A DNA stretch of 64,000 nucleotides, taken from NCBI RefSeq assembly GCF_000143415.4, contig NW_003314284.1, positions 1 to 64,000 of the forward strand, read 5' to 3'. This stretch comes from Selaginella moellendorffii (lineage: Eukaryota; Plantae; Lycopodiophyta). Shown piece after piece: positions 63,310-64,000 of the stretch; within the stretch, counting starts at the first letter, position 1; each line of letters starts with the position of its first letter. A program made the translations under genes and the position numbers. Under the pieces are notes generated by a model that worked only from the letters and a program-made list of their open reading frames with translations, was not told the DNA's origin and did not search any database.

Positions 63310-64000
63310 TTACTCTTTGAAGAAGCGTATGAGCAACGAGTTCACTTCCTTAGGTGAGTCTTCCTCCACAAAATGGCCACCGGGAACAATAGCAACGTCG
63401 ACGAGGTTGGGGACGTCTCGCTTCATTCCACCGCCGGTCACGTACTCGTCCAGCCCCGGGAACTTGCGCACATAGTCATCTTTGCCGGTGATGTAGAGGC
63501 AGCGGCTCGTCACTGGCATGCTGATCCAGGGAGCCATGAGCTCAAACTTCCTGCGCCAAAAATCCAACAAACTCGATCCAGCAAAGGGATAGATTTCCTA
63601 GTTGCAAACCTCATGCGGTCGCGATACGTGAAGCGCAGCGGGCACTCGAAGCCGGACTTGTCGTAGAGCTCGGACTGGACTTTGATGAACTCTTCGGTGA
63701 GCCAGCTCGGGATGGGGTCCGAGGTGGTGACCAAGTCCATGATCTCCTCGTCGGGCCCGGCGATCTGGAGCTCGGACCGGCAAAAGAGTGTGTAGATGTT
63801 CTTGAGCACGGTGGCCGTGTCAAATCGAGCGAAGTCTTTCTCGGCTCTCCCAGGTACCTGGAAAGAATTTTCTAGAGCTGTGAACAAAAGTGATTCACAG
63901 ACGTACACCAAAGCGATTCACGTAGAATCCTTCTTCCTGGGGAAATCCAAAAGTTGGAGCTCCTCCGGCTCGCACGAAAGGACCTCCAAGCGAAGCATAA
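63310..64000 (-). CDS. Second epoxide hydrolase copy, inverted, 5' part beyond the window
   Basis: Near-identical protein to 61466-62006 (QVPGRAEKDFARFDTATVLKNIYTLFCRSELQIAGPDEE...VNSLLIRFFKE) with the same intron positions. Confidence 0.93.

Overview
This is eukaryotic plant nuclear DNA. It is gene-dense, with very short introns of about 50-70 bp. PLS-class PPR genes, the flagellar gene PACRG and this compactness point to a flagellate-sperm land plant, most likely the lycophyte Selaginella (inference). About 20 intact or near-intact genes are present: two PLS-E PPRs, TSPO, BUD20/ZNF593, BCKDH E1-beta, GDPDL/SHV3-like, RALF, alpha-tubulin, AHL, LBD, Yippee, F-box, SDR, PACRG, a CIP111/AFG2-like AAA ATPase, WDR3/UTP12, RAB7 and two inverted epoxide hydrolases. 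There are also several deletion-riddled pseudogenes (PPR, aspartic protease, LIG4, F-box), LTR remnants and a 100-N assembly gap. Two accessory regions stand out. (1) Between two F-box copies (34-42 kb) lie an intronless 775-aa P-loop NTPase plus restriction-endonuclease-fold protein of the fungal/oomycete Crinkler-associated type, a decayed LIG4 copy and a 6-exon orphan gene. (2) A ~7.5 kb extremely AT-rich island (48.2-55.7 kb) carries an intact secreted protein made of an unknown domain fused to a bulb-type lectin. Minor-spliceosome introns (one AT-AC, one GT-AG) and GC-AG introns are visible. Multi-exon gene coordinates run from start codon to stop codon and were spliced by eye; family assignments come from motif recall, not database searches.
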